A DNA stretch of 63,924 nucleotides from Limnochordia bacterium (lineage in GTDB: Bacteria > Bacillota > Limnochordia > JAAZLZ01): contig JBMNRY010000001.1 of the NCBI GenBank assembly GCA_050944915.1, positions 1-63,924 on the forward strand, in the 5' to 3' direction. Of the stretch, positions 38,481 to 52,694 are shown one piece after another. The notes under the pieces were generated by a model. That model was given only the letters and a program-made list of their open reading frames with translations, searched no databases and was not told the origin of the DNA. Every line of letters starts with the position of its first letter. Position 1 is the first letter of the stretch. The translations under genes and the position numbers were made by a program.

Positions 38481-39568
38481 ACACCATTTTACTCCACAAT
38501 TTCCGCAACTACGAACATTTGGAACTGAGCCTTTCGCCCCGGATTAATTTTTTTGTCGGCCATAATGCCCAGGGCAAGACTAATTTCCTGGAGGCCTTGA
38601 CCTTTTTGGCCACCGGCCGCTCCCATCGGACCCATAAAGATGGAGAAATGATCCGCTGGGGGCAAGGAAAATCTTACTTAAAAACCGAAATACAAGTAGG
38701 CCCCACGAAAAGAATTTTAGCCGCAGAGCTGCCCCGCCAAGGGCGAAAAAGTTTTCAGGTCAACGGGATGCCGATCCGAAGATTAAGCGATCTGTTTGGA
38801 CTGTTACAGGTAGTCCTCTTTACTCCCGATGATCTCCAGTTGATCAAAGGATCTCCCGCCCTGCGGCGGCGGTATTTAGATTTGCAGATTTGCCAAATCA
38901 ACGGCCCTTACCGCCATTATTTGACCAGGTATAATCAGGTCTTGAAACAGCGGAATACCCTTTTAGAGTTAGGTGATGCCGAAAGCCTAGCCCCTTGGGA
39001 TGAACAGCTGTGCACCTTGGGCAGCAAATTGATCTATCAGCGCTTGCAAAGCCTAGCCTATTTGGCCCCTAAGGCCCAAAGCTATCACCGCCTAATCAGC
39101 GGAGGTCAAGAGGAGCTGCAAATCAGCTATCAACCCTTTTGGTCCGCTCCTGTACCGTCGACGGAAGAAGAGATCCATGCCTGTTTTTGGCGAGCCCTCC
39201 AGGCCGCCCGTCCAGGGGAGTTACGGCGCAGGCAAAGCCTTATCGGTCCCCAACGGGATGATTTGCTCTTTGTAATCGATGGCAAGGATGCCCGCAAATA
39301 CGCGTCCCAGGGCCAACAAAGGAGCGCGGTGCTGGCTTGTAAATTAGCGGAACTGGATTACATGCACTGGGAAAGCAGCCATTATCCTTTGCTCCTTCTA
39401 GATGATGTGGCCTCGGAACTAGATGTCCAGCGACGGCATCTATTTCTGGAGAATATTTCTTCTCAGGTGCAGATTTATTTGACGACAACGGGTATTCAAC
39501 CCTTTTCCCAAGAGATGCTGTCCCAGGGGCTAGTATTTCAGGTCGAAAAGGGGAAAATTAGTCTTTAG
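38471..39568 (+). CDS. recF: DNA replication and repair protein RecF
   Basis: NFRNYEHLEL ... GHNAQGKTNFLEA ... GSPALRRRYLD ... LLLDDVASELD. Confidence 0.95.
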   Translation: MYLNTILLHNFRNYEHLELSLSPRINFFVGHNAQGKTNFLEALTFLATGRSHRTHKDGEMIRWGQGKSYLKTEIQVGPTKRILAAELPRQGRKSFQVNGMPIRRLSDLFGLLQVVLFTPDDLQLIKGSPALRRRYLDLQICQINGPYRHYLTRYNQVLKQRNTLLELGDAESLAPWDEQLCTLGSKLIYQRLQSLAYLAPKAQSYHRLISGGQEELQISYQPFWSAPVPSTEEEIHACFWRALQAARPGELRRRQSLIGPQRDDLLFVIDGKDARKYASQGQQRSAVLACKLAELDYMHWESSHYPLLLLDDVASELDVQRRHLFLENISSQVQIYLTTTGIQPFSQEMLSQGLVFQVEKGKISL

Positions 39569-39585
39569 TGGAAGGAGGTCACCCC

Positions 39586-39843
39586 TTGTTCTTGCATTTA
39601 GGACGTGAAATTATGATTCCTATTCGGGATGTGATCGCCATTTGTCCCCTACTTCCTCCAGGAAAGGCTAAGGATAACGATGCCTTTTTGCAAACTGCCC
39701 AGGAGGAAGGTTTCTTAACCGATGTGGCCGGGGGAAAACCCCATTCCTTTGTGGTCACGGCCGAAGGTGTTTACCTATCTTCCATTTCCTCGACTACCTT
39801 GGCCAAAAGGGCCGATAAATTGCGGAGTCAAATCCCCATCTAA
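39586..39843 (+). CDS. DUF370 protein (YaaB/RemB-like)
   Basis: LFLHLGREIMIPIRDVIAI. A TTG at 39586 sits 7 nt after GGAGG. Canonical position between recF and gyrB. Confidence 0.75.
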   Translation: MFLHLGREIMIPIRDVIAICPLLPPGKAKDNDAFLQTAQEEGFLTDVAGGKPHSFVVTAEGVYLSSISSTTLAKRADKLRSQIPI

Positions 39844-39906
39844 CCCCTTTTTAGATTAGCTGGGGGGAGTTGGCAGAATTTGACATCATCCCCAAGGCTA
39901 TACTAA

Positions 39907-42873
<2,967 letters not shown>

Positions 42874-42890
42874 AGATAGAAGGTGGGTAA

Positions 42891-45371
42891 ATGCCACTCG
42901 ATTTTGGACAGAGTAAAGTTGTACCGATGGCCATCGAAGAGGAGATGCGCCGCTCCTATTTGACCTACGCCATGAGCGTCATTGTGGAGCGAGCCCTGCC
43001 CGATGTGCGGGATGGTCTCAAACCTGTTCAGCGGCGGATCCTCTACAGTATGAGCGAGTTGGGCCTAATGCCCAATCGACCCCATCGCAAATCGGCCCGG
43101 ATCGTGGGGGAAGTCATGGGGAAGTATCACCCCCATGGGGACTCGGCCATTTATGATGCTATGGTGCGCCTCGCCCAAGATTTTTCCATGCGTTATCCCT
43201 TGGTGGATGGCCATGGAAACTTCGGCTCCGTCGACGGCGATCCGCCGGCAGCGATGCGCTATACCGAAGCCCGTTTAGCCCCCATCGCCATGGAGTTGCT
43301 CCGGGAAATCGATAAGGATACCGTCGATTTTGTCCCCAACTTCGATGAATCCCTGGAACAACCGGCGGTCCTGCCGGCTCGCTTTCCCAATTTGTTGGTC
43401 AACGGAGCGGCGGGGATCGCGGTGGGGATGGCGACGAATATACCGCCCCATAATTTGGGGGAAGTCATCGATGCCATCGATGCCCTCATCGAAAACCCCG
43501 AGATTACCGTGGAAGAACTAAATCGGATCATCAAAGGACCCGATTTTCCCACCGGGGGGATCATCCTCGGTCGGGAAGGGATCCGGGAAGCTTATCGAAC
43601 AGGGCGGGGCCGCATCCGCATTAGGGCCAAGGTCCATTTCGAAGAAATGGCCCACGGAAAGACCCGAATTGTGGTCACCGAGCTGCCCTACCAGGTTAAT
43701 AAGGCCAATTTGATCGAAAATATCGCTGCTTTGGTCCGGGACAAAAAGCTCGATGGATTGACGGATCTGCGGGATGAATCGGACCGGCAGGGGATGCGCA
43801 TCGTCATCGAACTGCGGCGGGATGTAGTCCCCCAGGTGATCCTAAATCGGTTATACAAACACACCAAACTGGAAGATACCTTCGGGGTCATCCTCTTAGC
43901 CTTAGTAGACGGACAACCCCGGGTGATGAATCTCAAAACAGCCCTGGAGCATTATCTCGATCACCAGCGGGAAGTAATCATCCGCCGGAGTCGATTCGAT
44001 TTGGCCAAGGCGGAAGCCCGGGCCCATATCGTCGAAGGACTTCGCATCGCCCTCGATCATATCGATGAGATCATCGAGTTGATCAAGGCCGCCCCCAATG
44101 ACCGGGTAGCGAAGGAACAACTCATGGAACGCTTCGCCTTATCGGAGCGGCAGGCGGTAGCCATTTTAGATATGCAGCTGCGGCGCCTAACAGGCCTGGA
44201 GCAGGAGAAATTGGCCGCCGAATACAAGGAACTGCAGGAAACTATCGCCTATCTGCGGGGAGTCTTGGCCGATGTTGGTAAAGTCTATGCCATCATTCGG
44301 GAAGAGTTAGGGGCTATCCGGGAAAAATATGCCGATGAGCGGCGGACGGAAATCACCGCCAGCGCCGAAGAAATCGATATCGAAGATCTCATCCCCGAGG
44401 AAGATGTCATCATCACCGTCACCCACCAGGGTTATATCAAGCGTCTTCCCTTAACATCCTACCGTAGTCAACATCGGGGCGGTAAAGGGATCATGGCCCT
44501 CAATACCCGGGATGACGATTTTGTGGAACATCTCTTCGTTACCAATACCCACTCCTATATCCTCTTTTTTACCAACAGGGGTCGGGTTTACCGCTTGAAG
44601 GGCCATCAAATACCCCAGATGGGACGGCAAGCCCGGGGAACGGCTTTGACGGGCCTGTTACAATTCGAATCGGGAGAATGGATCCAAACGGCTTTAGCGG
44701 TCACCGATTTCGATGATAACCATTATGTAGCTATGGCTACGAAACAGGGGATCATCAAAAAGGTCCGGCTGAAGGATCTAGAAAGCAATCGAGCCAGCCT
44801 CATCTGTATCGATTTAGGGGAAGACGATGAGATGGTGGGGGCCAAGCTGACCGATGGCAAGAAGGAAATCCTATTAGCCACCGAGCGGGGCCAAGCCATC
44901 CGGTTTGCCGAAACCGATGTGCGGCCCATGGGACGCACCGCCCGGGGTGTAAAGGGCATTACCTTAGAGCCCGGGGATCATGTAGTCGGTATGGTCGTCG
45001 TCGACCCCGAAGCCGATTTGTTGGTGGTGAGCAGTAACGGCTTAGGCAAGCGCACACCCCTTGCTGAGTACCGCCAGACCCGTCGGGGAGGCAAAGGGAT
45101 CATCACCATGCGCTTGACGGAACGCTCCGGTTTGATCGTCGGCATCAAAGTCGTTTCGCCCGACGATGAAATCGTCCTTATCTCCCAGGAGGGGATCATG
45201 ATCCGCATGCCCGTGGCTGGTATTTCCCAGTTGGGACGGAATACCCAAGGGGTACTGTTGATGCGACTAGAAGAAGATCAACAGGTGATGGCCGTCGGTT
45301 TGCTGGTCGCCTCCGAGGAGAAATCGTCCCCCGATGAATCACAAGGAAATTTGTTCCCTGAAGAAGAATAA
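42891..45371 (+). CDS. gyrA: DNA gyrase subunit A
   Basis: 826-aa ORF: [29 protein letters not shown] ... AAMRYTE (catalytic Tyr), with beta-pinwheel repeats at the C-terminus. Confidence 0.97.
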   Translation: MPLDFGQSKVVPMAIEEEMRRSYLTYAMSVIVERALPDVRDGLKPVQRRILYSMSELGLMPNRPHRKSARIVGEVMGKYHPHGDSAIYDAMVRLAQDFSMRYPLVDGHGNFGSVDGDPPAAMRYTEARLAPIAMELLREIDKDTVDFVPNFDESLEQPAVLPARFPNLLVNGAAGIAVGMATNIPPHNLGEVIDAIDALIENPEITVEELNRIIKGPDFPTGGIILGREGIREAYRTGRGRIRIRAKVHFEEMAHGKTRIVVTELPYQVNKANLIENIAALVRDKKLDGLTDLRDESDRQGMRIVIELRRDVVPQVILNRLYKHTKLEDTFGVILLALVDGQPRVMNLKTALEHYLDHQREVIIRRSRFDLAKAEARAHIVEGLRIALDHIDEIIELIKAAPNDRVAKEQLMERFALSERQAVAILDMQLRRLTGLEQEKLAAEYKELQETIAYLRGVLADVGKVYAIIREELGAIREKYADERRTEITASAEEIDIEDLIPEEDVIITVTHQGYIKRLPLTSYRSQHRGGKGIMALNTRDDDFVEHLFVTNTHSYILFFTNRGRVYRLKGHQIPQMGRQARGTALTGLLQFESGEWIQTALAVTDFDDNHYVAMATKQGIIKKVRLKDLESNRASLICIDLGEDDEMVGAKLTDGKKEILLATERGQAIRFAETDVRPMGRTARGVKGITLEPGDHVVGMVVVDPEADLLVVSSNGLGKRTPLAEYRQTRRGGKGIITMRLTERSGLIVGIKVVSPDDEIVLISQEGIMIRMPVAGISQLGRNTQGVLLMRLEEDQQVMAVGLLVASEEKSSPDESQGNLFPEEE

Positions 45372-45380
45372 AAGGATTAA

Positions 45381-45412
45381 GATTCCCCCCTGGCACCAGG
45401 GGGGAATCCTTT
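45381..45412 (+). terminator. hairpin after gyrA
   Basis: gattcccccctgg-ca-ccaggggggaatc, followed by ctttcc (a weak U-tract). Confidence 0.5.
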
Positions 45413-45507
45413 CCGGGGATTTTTCCCCAAAGGCATCCTCTGCCCGAAGGTCACATAAACTGATGACGATGGCTCCATAGGGCATCAGGTGTGGGAGGTT
45501 TGGAAAG

Positions 45508-45906
45508 ATGCGGGATATGATCTTGGAGAAGGCAAAGGAATTAGGTCGGTTGTTGATCACCAGCAGTGAACATAAACGATTGGAGAAGGCCCGGGCGGAA
45601 ATAGAAGAGCATGAAGCGGCGAAATTAATGCTGCGGGATCTGCAAGAAAAACAAGAAAAACTCCGCCAGGAGATTATGGCTGGCCAAGATACGGCTACGG
45701 CCCAAGGGGAACTGCAGCATGCTTACGCCGTCGCCAGCTATAATCCCTACGTTCGGGAATATCTAGAGGCAGAATTTAGCTTTGCCCAACTGGTCATAGA
45801 AGTCCAAGAAGCCCTAGGAAAGGCCCTCGCTCCCGAAGATGATGAAGGCCAGGACCCGGGGGAAGAAGAGCCGAGAAGCAGGTTGTGGGTTCCCGGCCGA
45901 GATTAA
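45508..45906 (+). CDS. YlbF/YmcA-family regulatory protein
   Basis: 132-aa helical ORF (ILEKAKELGRLLITSSEHKRLEKA ... YNPYVREYLEAE). Confidence 0.7.
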   Translation: MRDMILEKAKELGRLLITSSEHKRLEKARAEIEEHEAAKLMLRDLQEKQEKLRQEIMAGQDTATAQGELQHAYAVASYNPYVREYLEAEFSFAQLVIEVQEALGKALAPEDDEGQDPGEEEPRSRLWVPGRD

Positions 45907-46172
45907 CGGCGGACACCAATAAAGATAAGTAGGACCCCGAAAACAACGATCAGATAACGATCTAAAGATATCTTCCCCGTCAGTCCGGCTAGGCCTAAGG
46001 CGCTGACTAGCAGGAGGATGGTAGGGCCGATGGCTCCCAAGAGGCTGTTGATTCGTAACGCGGTGTCGACCCGCCCAAAACGGAGCATGAGCAGGGCCGC
46101 ACAGATTTCGATGGTCCCTGCTAGAACCCGTAAACCGGCCATTCCATGGAGAAGTTTTTGCTCGTCGAACAT
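45903..46172 (-). CDS. small membrane protein, YqhV/DUF2619-like
   Basis: 89-aa ORF with 3 TM segments (MAGLRVLAGTIEICAALLMLRF). Family assignment is from recall. Confidence 0.5.
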   Translation of the reverse strand: MFDEQKLLHGMAGLRVLAGTIEICAALLMLRFGRVDTALRINSLLGAIGPTILLLVSALGLAGLTGKISLDRYLIVVFGVLLIFIGVRR

Positions 46173-46311
46173 CGGCCGACTCCCTCCCCTGTAAACTAGG
46201 GATTCCAGTTAAATGGGTATGAAATTAAGGGGAAGAAAAGACCTGGGCAGGAGATCTTCCCCTGGCGACGAATAATGGTTTTCATATTCTCTTTAGAGGA
46301 GTTGAGCTGAG

Positions 46312-47664
46312 ATGAGTCAAAAGAAAATTTTCCTCCCCGAGACCGAGATTCCCCGCCAATGGTACAACATCCAAGCCGATATGGGCACAAAACCCCCACC
46401 ACCCCTTCATCCAGGTACGAAAAAACCGGTTACCCCCGAGGACTTTGGGCCTTTGTTTCCCGAGAGTCTCATCGAACAGGAAATGACGGATCAAAGGTGG
46501 ATCGATATCCCGGAGCCGGTTTTAGAAGCCTACCGGATTTGGAGACCCTCACCCCTGGTGCGGGCGGTGAGTTTAGAGCGGGCCTTAAAGACACCGGCCC
46601 GGATCTATTTCAAAAACGAAGGGGTTAGCCCCGCCGGTTCCCATAAGGTCAATACCTCGGTACCCCAAGCCTACTACAACAAAGAGGCGGGGGTTAGAAG
46701 GTTGAGCACCGAAACGGGTGCTGGTCAGTGGGGAAGTGCTCTAAGTTTTGCTACAGGGCTGTTCGGTTTGGCTTGTACCGTGTATATGGTGCGGGTTAGC
46801 TACGAACAAAAACCCTATCGCCGCTCCTTGATGGAAGTATGGGGTGGGGAAGTCATCCCTAGTCCCTCACCGAAAACCCAAGCGGGGCGGGAGATCCTCC
46901 TTAAAAATCCCGACTCGCCAGGCAGTCTCGGCATCGCCATCAGCGAAGCGGTGGAAGATGCTGTAGGCCATGATGATACCCGGTATGCCTTAGGCAGTGT
47001 GTTAAACCACGTCTTGCTCCATCAAACCATCATCGGCCTGGAAGCGAAAAAGCAGTTGGCCTTAGTTGATGATTATCCCGATATCGTCATCGCCAGCTGT
47101 GGTGGAGGCAGTAATTTTGCCGGTTTGGCCTTCCCCTTCTTGGCCGACAAGTTCGCCGGGAAAGAAGTGCGGGCCATCGCGGTGGAACCGGCAGCGTGTC
47201 CCACCTTGACTAAGGGCAAATACGCCTATGATTACGGCGATACCGCCGGGTTAACCCCCATTTTGAGCATGTATACCCTAGGCCATTCCTTCATGCCTCC
47301 CGGTATCCATGCCGGTGGGTTGCGCTACCACGGCCAGGCTCCTTTAGTGAGCCAGCTTTACCGGGACGGCCTCATCGAAGCTCGGGCCTATGGGCAGCAG
47401 GAAATCTTCGCCAGCGCCCTTCTCTTTAGCCGAACCGAGGGTATCCTACCGGCACCTGAGTCGGCCCACGCTATCCACGGCGCCATCGAAGAGGCCCGGG
47501 AGTGTGCCCGTACCGGCCAAGCCAAGACTATCCTCTTTAACTTAAGCGGCCACGGACATTTCGATTTGGCGGCCTATGATACCTACTTAGCCGGTCGTTT
47601 GGAAAATGTCCAGTACTCAGAAGCCCAGCTGGAAGCGGCCATGGAAGATTTGCCCCAGATTTAA
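46312..47664 (+). CDS. trpB: TrpB-like PLP-dependent enzyme (tryptophan synthase beta chain 2, TrpB2 type)
   Basis: 450-aa ORF with the long N-terminal extension typical of TrpB2 ([12 protein letters not shown]). Motifs [13 protein letters not shown] and [11 protein letters not shown]. Confidence 0.88.
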   Translation: MSQKKIFLPETEIPRQWYNIQADMGTKPPPPLHPGTKKPVTPEDFGPLFPESLIEQEMTDQRWIDIPEPVLEAYRIWRPSPLVRAVSLERALKTPARIYFKNEGVSPAGSHKVNTSVPQAYYNKEAGVRRLSTETGAGQWGSALSFATGLFGLACTVYMVRVSYEQKPYRRSLMEVWGGEVIPSPSPKTQAGREILLKNPDSPGSLGIAISEAVEDAVGHDDTRYALGSVLNHVLLHQTIIGLEAKKQLALVDDYPDIVIASCGGGSNFAGLAFPFLADKFAGKEVRAIAVEPAACPTLTKGKYAYDYGDTAGLTPILSMYTLGHSFMPPGIHAGGLRYHGQAPLVSQLYRDGLIEARAYGQQEIFASALLFSRTEGILPAPESAHAIHGAIEEARECARTGQAKTILFNLSGHGHFDLAAYDTYLAGRLENVQYSEAQLEAAMEDLPQI

Positions 47665-47683
47665 CGGTAACGCTGAACCAATA

Positions 47684-47716
47684 AAGGGGGTAGCCAACCC
47701 CCTTTTTTCTTTTTTG
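47684..47716 (+). terminator. intrinsic terminator after trpB2
   Basis: aaggggg-tagccaa-ccccctt followed by a T-run. Confidence 0.7.
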
Positions 47717-47861
47717 TAGCCATTGTGGGATAGGAATCATAGTGGTGATGTCGAAGGGATTTATCTGCTGATTTTTGCCCAGGGGGGATGCTGGTGTTGA
47801 CCTTCAGTGGGTGGGGAAGAATAGGTCCACGGTTTATGATGGGCGGAAGGGAGAGAAATAG

Positions 47862-49112
47862 ATGTATGATTTAGTACGTCAAGTAGATCCAGAGGTAGGG
47901 GAAGCCCTTGTGGCGGAACTGGAAAGACAGCGGGGGAAGATCGAGCTAATCGCCTCGGAGAACTTCGTCAGTCCCGCGGTCATGCAGGCCCAGGGCTCGG
48001 TACTTACCAACAAATATGCGGAAGGATATCCCGCCCGCCGCTATTACGGCGGATGTGAATATGTGGATATCCCCGAAACTCTAGCTAAAGAGCGGGCTTG
48101 TGGGCTCTTTGGAGCAGATCATGCCAATGTCCAGCCCCATTCGGGAGCCCAAGCTAACATGGCTGTCTATTACGCGATGCTCAAGCCGGGGGATACCGTT
48201 TTAGGGATGAGCTTATCCCATGGGGGCCATTTAACCCACGGCAGTCCCGTCAATTTCTCCGGTACTTGGTTTAACTTCGTCCATTACGGAGTAGACCCAG
48301 ATACAGAAGTGATAGATTACGATCAAGTGGCGGAATTGGCCCGCCAGCACCGGCCGAAACTCTTGGTGGCCGGGGCTAGCGCCTATCCCCGGATCATTGA
48401 TTTTGCCCGGTTGGCGGAGATCGCCAAGGAAGTAGGCGCCTACTTCATGGTCGATATGGCCCATATCGCCGGCTTGGTCGCGGCGGGACTCCATCCTTCG
48501 CCTGTCCCCCATGCCGATTTCGTGACGACGACGACCCATAAAACCCTCCGGGGTCCCCGGGGTGGTTTGATCCTCTGTCGAGAAGAATACGCCAAAGCCA
48601 TCGATAAAGCTATTTTCCCCGGGATTCAAGGGGGACCCCTCATGCATGTCATCGCCGCGAAGGCGGTGGCCTTGAAGGAAGCCCAAGGGGAGGCCTTTAA
48701 GGAATACCAACGGCAGATTATCGCCAATGCCCAAGCTTTAGCCCAAGGTTTGCTAGACCGGGGTTTTAAGCTGGTCTCCGGCGGTACCGATAATCATCTA
48801 TTGTTGGTTAACGTGAAGGCTAAGGGTTTAACGGGGAAAGAAGCGGAAGAAGTCCTCGATGATGTGGGGATTACCGTCAATAAGAATACCATCCCCTTCG
48901 ATGAAGAAAGTCCCTTTATCACCAGCGGCATTCGCCTGGGGACACCGGCGGTGACCACCAGGGGCATGGATGAAGGGGCCATGGTAGAAATTGCCAAGAT
49001 CATAGATCTAGTCCTCAGTTCCCCGGCAGATGAAGGGGTACGGGCTCAAGGTCGGGAGTTGGTGGCCCAATTATGTGCCCAATTCCCCTTGTATGCCGAT
49101 CTGGTCGATTAG
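47862..49112 (+). CDS. glyA: serine hydroxymethyltransferase
   Basis: [11 protein letters not shown] ... TNKYAEGYP ... [14 protein letters not shown]. Confidence 0.97.
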   Translation: MYDLVRQVDPEVGEALVAELERQRGKIELIASENFVSPAVMQAQGSVLTNKYAEGYPARRYYGGCEYVDIPETLAKERACGLFGADHANVQPHSGAQANMAVYYAMLKPGDTVLGMSLSHGGHLTHGSPVNFSGTWFNFVHYGVDPDTEVIDYDQVAELARQHRPKLLVAGASAYPRIIDFARLAEIAKEVGAYFMVDMAHIAGLVAAGLHPSPVPHADFVTTTTHKTLRGPRGGLILCREEYAKAIDKAIFPGIQGGPLMHVIAAKAVALKEAQGEAFKEYQRQIIANAQALAQGLLDRGFKLVSGGTDNHLLLVNVKAKGLTGKEAEEVLDDVGITVNKNTIPFDEESPFITSGIRLGTPAVTTRGMDEGAMVEIAKIIDLVLSSPADEGVRAQGRELVAQLCAQFPLYADLVD

Positions 49113-49164
49113 GCAAGCTATAGGATGTTACGGTAACTATCGCAGGCCGAAAGGAGGAAACTAG

Positions 49165-49791
49165 ATGCTTGAGGTCCGCTGGCATGGTCGTGGCGGTCAA
49201 GGGGCCAAAACGGCGGCCCTCCTCCTGGGGGAGGCGGCCGCGGCAGCGGGAAAGAAGATTCAGGCATTTCCAGAGTACGGGCCGGAACGGATGGGTGCAC
49301 CGGTAACATCCTATAATCGCATCAGCGACGGGGAGATCACCCTCCATTGTGGGGTGACTAATCCCAATTTTGTCGTGGTCCTCGATGGGTCTTTGATCAA
49401 CACCGGGAATGTGACGGAAGGCATGGCCTCCGATGGGGTCATCGTAGTCAACAGCAGCCAAAGTCCGGAGGAAATCCGGGAAAAACTGGGGCTGGGACCG
49501 GAAAGCCAAGTCCGGGTCTACACCGTCGATGCCAACACCATTGCCCAAGAAACCATCGGCCGGGCCATCCCCAACACCCCGATGTTGGGCGCTTTGATAA
49601 GAACTACGGGTGTCTTGGAACTGGATGAACTATTAAGGGATACCCAGGAGAAGCTGGAGAAGAAGTTTCGGGATAAACCGGAGATCGTCCAGGGCAATTT
49701 AGCTGCCATCCGCCGAGCCTACGATGAAGTGCGGGGAGATGGCCAAGGAAGCCAACTTCCCCACCAGAAGGAGGGATCGGCTAATGGCTAA
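49165..49791 (+). CDS. 2-oxoacid (pyruvate/ketoisovalerate):ferredoxin oxidoreductase gamma subunit
   Basis: EVRWHGRGGQGAKTAALLLGEAA ... AFPEYGPERMGAPV. Confidence 0.85.
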   Translation: MLEVRWHGRGGQGAKTAALLLGEAAAAAGKKIQAFPEYGPERMGAPVTSYNRISDGEITLHCGVTNPNFVVVLDGSLINTGNVTEGMASDGVIVVNSSQSPEEIREKLGLGPESQVRVYTVDANTIAQETIGRAIPNTPMLGALIRTTGVLELDELLRDTQEKLEKKFRDKPEIVQGNLAAIRRAYDEVRGDGQGSQLPHQKEGSANG

Positions 49792-50977
49792 TGCCCTTGT
49801 ACAAGATGTGGCTTTAACTGGTAACGAAGCGGTGGCCCAAGCGATGCGCCAGGTTCATCCCGATGTGGTGGCGGCCTATCCCATCACGCCCCAGACGGAG
49901 ATCGTTCAGATCTTTTCCACCTTCGTCGCCGATGGGTTGGTCGAGACGGAATATGTGCCGGTGGAAAGCGAGCATTCAGCCATGAGCGCCACCGTCGGCG
50001 CCGCGGCCGCCGGGGCCCGGGCCATGACGGCCACATCGGCCAATGGCTTGGCGTTGATGTGGGAGGTTGTCAACATCGCGGCCGGGCTGCGGCTGCCCAT
50101 CGTCATGCCGGTGGTCAACAGGGCCATCTCCGCGCCCATTAACATCCATTGTGACCATAGCGACAGTATGGGTGTGCGGGATGCCGGCTGGATCCAGCTT
50201 TTTTCCGAGAATGCCCAGGAAGCTTATGATAATCTGATCCAGGCGGTGAAGATCGCCGAAGATCCCGCCTGTCAACTGCCGGTGATGGTGACCATGGATG
50301 GCTTCATCATCAGCCATGGTATGGAAAACGTTTCCTTGCTGTCCGATAGGGAAGTGGAAGATTTCGTCGGGCAACGGCAGCCCCAATATACCCTTTTGGA
50401 TGCCGATAATCCAACAACGGTGGGAGCCTTAGATCTCCAAGATTTCTATTTCGAACATCGTCGCCAATTGGCGGAAGCCGTCTTCAACGCCGATGCCATC
50501 GTGGCTAAAGTAGGCGCCGAGTTTGGCCAGCGATTTGGTCGAAGCTATGAATTTATTGAAACCTACCAGATGGATGATGCCCAACTGGCCATCGTCGTCC
50601 TCGGTTCAACAGCGGGGACGACCAAGCATGTGGTGGGACAATTGCGGGAGTCGGGGATCAAGGCAGGACTTGTTAAGATCAGGATGTATCGGCCCTTCCC
50701 CGTCCAGGCCCTGCGGGAAGCTTTAGCGGGGGTTGAGGCAGTAGCCGTCCTCGATCGCTCCGACGGCCTAGCGGCCATGGGCGGACCGGTCTTCAACGAT
50801 GTGCGGGCAAGCCTTTATTCAGCTTCCCAGCGGCCCCTACTGGTCAATTACATCTATGGTCTCGGCGGTCGGGATATTAACCTAGATCAGATCCACTGGG
50901 TCTATAGGGAATTGGGGCGGATCAGGGAAGCCGGTAGTGTAGAGCGAGAGGTTAATTATCTCGGCGTCCGTGAATAA
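49784..50977 (+). CDS. 2-oxoacid:ferredoxin oxidoreductase alpha subunit
   Basis: An ATG at 49784 overlaps the gamma-subunit stop. Sequence: LTGNEAVAQAM ... AAYPITPQTEIV ... VESEHSAMSA ... DHSDSMGVRDAGWIQ. Confidence 0.85.
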   Translation: MANALVQDVALTGNEAVAQAMRQVHPDVVAAYPITPQTEIVQIFSTFVADGLVETEYVPVESEHSAMSATVGAAAAGARAMTATSANGLALMWEVVNIAAGLRLPIVMPVVNRAISAPINIHCDHSDSMGVRDAGWIQLFSENAQEAYDNLIQAVKIAEDPACQLPVMVTMDGFIISHGMENVSLLSDREVEDFVGQRQPQYTLLDADNPTTVGALDLQDFYFEHRRQLAEAVFNADAIVAKVGAEFGQRFGRSYEFIETYQMDDAQLAIVVLGSTAGTTKHVVGQLRESGIKAGLVKIRMYRPFPVQALREALAGVEAVAVLDRSDGLAAMGGPVFNDVRASLYSASQRPLLVNYIYGLGGRDINLDQIHWVYRELGRIREAGSVEREVNYLGVRE

Positions 50978-51003
50978 GGAAACTAGAGTCTTCCATTTAG
51001 CCC

Positions 51004-51032
51004 TTGCCGGAAAGGCAGAGGTGTAATATACT
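51004..51032 (+). promoter_or_regulatory. candidate promoter of the serS leader
   Basis: TTGCCG-17 nt-TATACT. Confidence 0.45.
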
Positions 51033-51039
51033 TAAGTTG

Positions 51040-51258
51040 GTAAAAGGTGATGCAGGAACGGGGACAATCCCTCCTTCCCCCAGAGAGCCGGGTCGCTGGA
51101 AACCGGTGGAAGAGTTTGTCCTTTCCATTCCGAAGACCGACAGTGAAAGCTGTTCCGGTTAACACCCGTTAACGTGTTCTCGAGAGGATCACTGCGGTGA
51201 TCAAGCGGGGTGGCAACGCGGGAATAGATCTCGTCCTCGAAGGAGGACGAGATTTTTT
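51040..51258 (+). promoter_or_regulatory. T-box leader controlling serS
   Basis: An AGAGAG bulge, UCC triplets on the 3' side of stem I, and the T-box AAGCGGGGTGGCAACGCGGG. Terminator: ctcgtcctc-gaa-ggaggacgag plus T6. Confidence 0.85.
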
Positions 51259-51292
51259 AATTGGAGATAATAGGAGATGGAGGAGGAGACAG

Positions 51293-52570
51293 ATGCTTGA
51301 TCTGAAATTCATCAGGGCTAATCCCGAGTTAGTCGCGGAAGCCATGGCCAATCGGGGGGAAGAGGTACCCCTGGAGCGATTGCTGGAGTTAGATGAGATC
51401 AGAAGGAAGAACCTTCAGGAAGTGGAAGCCCTCAAAGCCCGGCGGAATAAGGTGTCTTTGGAAATCGCTACCGCCAAAAGGGAAGGGCGAGCTGTCGATG
51501 GGATCATGGAGGAAATGAAGGAGGTCTCCGGTCAGATCAAAGATCTGGACAACCGGATCCGGGAACTCGATGGGGAGATCGAAGGGATCCTGCTCACCAT
51601 CCCCAATATTCCCCATCCATCGATCCCTGTGGGCAGCAGTGAAGACGATAACGTGGAGATTCGCCGTTGGGGCGAAATCCCCCAATTTGATTTTCCCATC
51701 CAAGCCCATTGGGATCTAGGGGAAGCCTTAGGGATCCTGGATTTTGAACGGGGCAGTAAGGTGGCGGGAGCCCGCTTTACCTTCTTGAAGGGTTTAGGTT
51801 CCCGGTTGGAACGGGCCCTGATCAACTTCATGTTGGATCTCCATACCCAAGAACATGGTTATACAGAGCTTTTCCCGCCGGTGTTGGCCAATGGGACTAG
51901 TATGATCGGCACCGGACAGCTGCCGAAATTCAGCGAGGATATGTTCAAATGCGAAGGCCTTGATTATTATCTGATCCCCACCGCGGAGGTACCGGTCACC
52001 AATTACCACCGGGATGAAATCTTGGAAGCCGACCAACTACCTTTGTACTATGTGGCCTATTCCCCCTGTTTCCGGGCGGAAGCGGGAGCCCACGGTCGGG
52101 ATACTAGGGGTTTGATCCGCCAGCATCAGTTCAACAAGGTGGAGTTGGTCAAATTCGTCCATCCCGATGAATCCGATAACGAGTTGGAAAAATTGGTCGC
52201 CAACGCGGAAACGGTCCTGCAAAAGCTAAAGCTGCCTTACCGGGTAGTGATGATGTGTACCGCTGATGTGGGCTTTACCGCGGCGAAGAAATACGACCCC
52301 GAGGTTTGGATGCCTAGCTACAATCGCTATGTGGAAATCTCCTCCTGCAGTAATTTCACCGATTTCCAAGCCCGGCGGGCTAATGTCCGCTTCCGGCCCG
52401 GCCCTGGTCAAAAACCGGAGTATGTCCATACCTTAAACGGTTCCGGTTTAGCCATCGGCCGCACCGTGGCTGCTATCTTGGAAAACTATCAGCAGCCCGA
52501 CGGTTCGGTAGTCATCCCCGAGGTCTTGCGTCCCTACATGGGCGGCTTGGAACGGATTGAAAAGCCCTAA
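51293..52570 (+). CDS. serS: seryl-tRNA synthetase
   Basis: An ATG at 51293 lies after the T-box terminator. Sequence: [14 protein letters not shown] ... FRAEAG ... [11 protein letters not shown]. Confidence 0.97.
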   Translation: MLDLKFIRANPELVAEAMANRGEEVPLERLLELDEIRRKNLQEVEALKARRNKVSLEIATAKREGRAVDGIMEEMKEVSGQIKDLDNRIRELDGEIEGILLTIPNIPHPSIPVGSSEDDNVEIRRWGEIPQFDFPIQAHWDLGEALGILDFERGSKVAGARFTFLKGLGSRLERALINFMLDLHTQEHGYTELFPPVLANGTSMIGTGQLPKFSEDMFKCEGLDYYLIPTAEVPVTNYHRDEILEADQLPLYYVAYSPCFRAEAGAHGRDTRGLIRQHQFNKVELVKFVHPDESDNELEKLVANAETVLQKLKLPYRVVMMCTADVGFTAAKKYDPEVWMPSYNRYVEISSCSNFTDFQARRANVRFRPGPGQKPEYVHTLNGSGLAIGRTVAAILENYQQPDGSVVIPEVLRPYMGGLERIEKP

Positions 52571-52585
52571 ACCCTATGATATAAT
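52557..52585 (+). promoter_or_regulatory. promoter of tRNA-Ser(UGA), overlapping the serS 3' end
   Basis: TTGAAA-17 nt-TATAAT, with an extended -10 TG. Confidence 0.55.
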
Positions 52586-52594
52586 GACCCGGTA

Positions 52595-52684
52595 GGAAGG
52601 GTGCCGGAGTGGACGATCGGAGCGGTCTTGAAAACCGTCGAGGGTTTGCGCCTTCCGTGGGTTCGAATCCCACCCCTTCCGCCA
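52595..52684 (+). tRNA. tRNA-Ser (anticodon UGA)
   Basis: Cloverleaf folded by hand: acceptor ggaaggg/cccttcc, anticodon loop cuUGAaa, long variable arm, T-loop ttcgaat, encoded CCA. Confidence 0.93.
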
Positions 52685-52694
52685 TAGAACTTTA

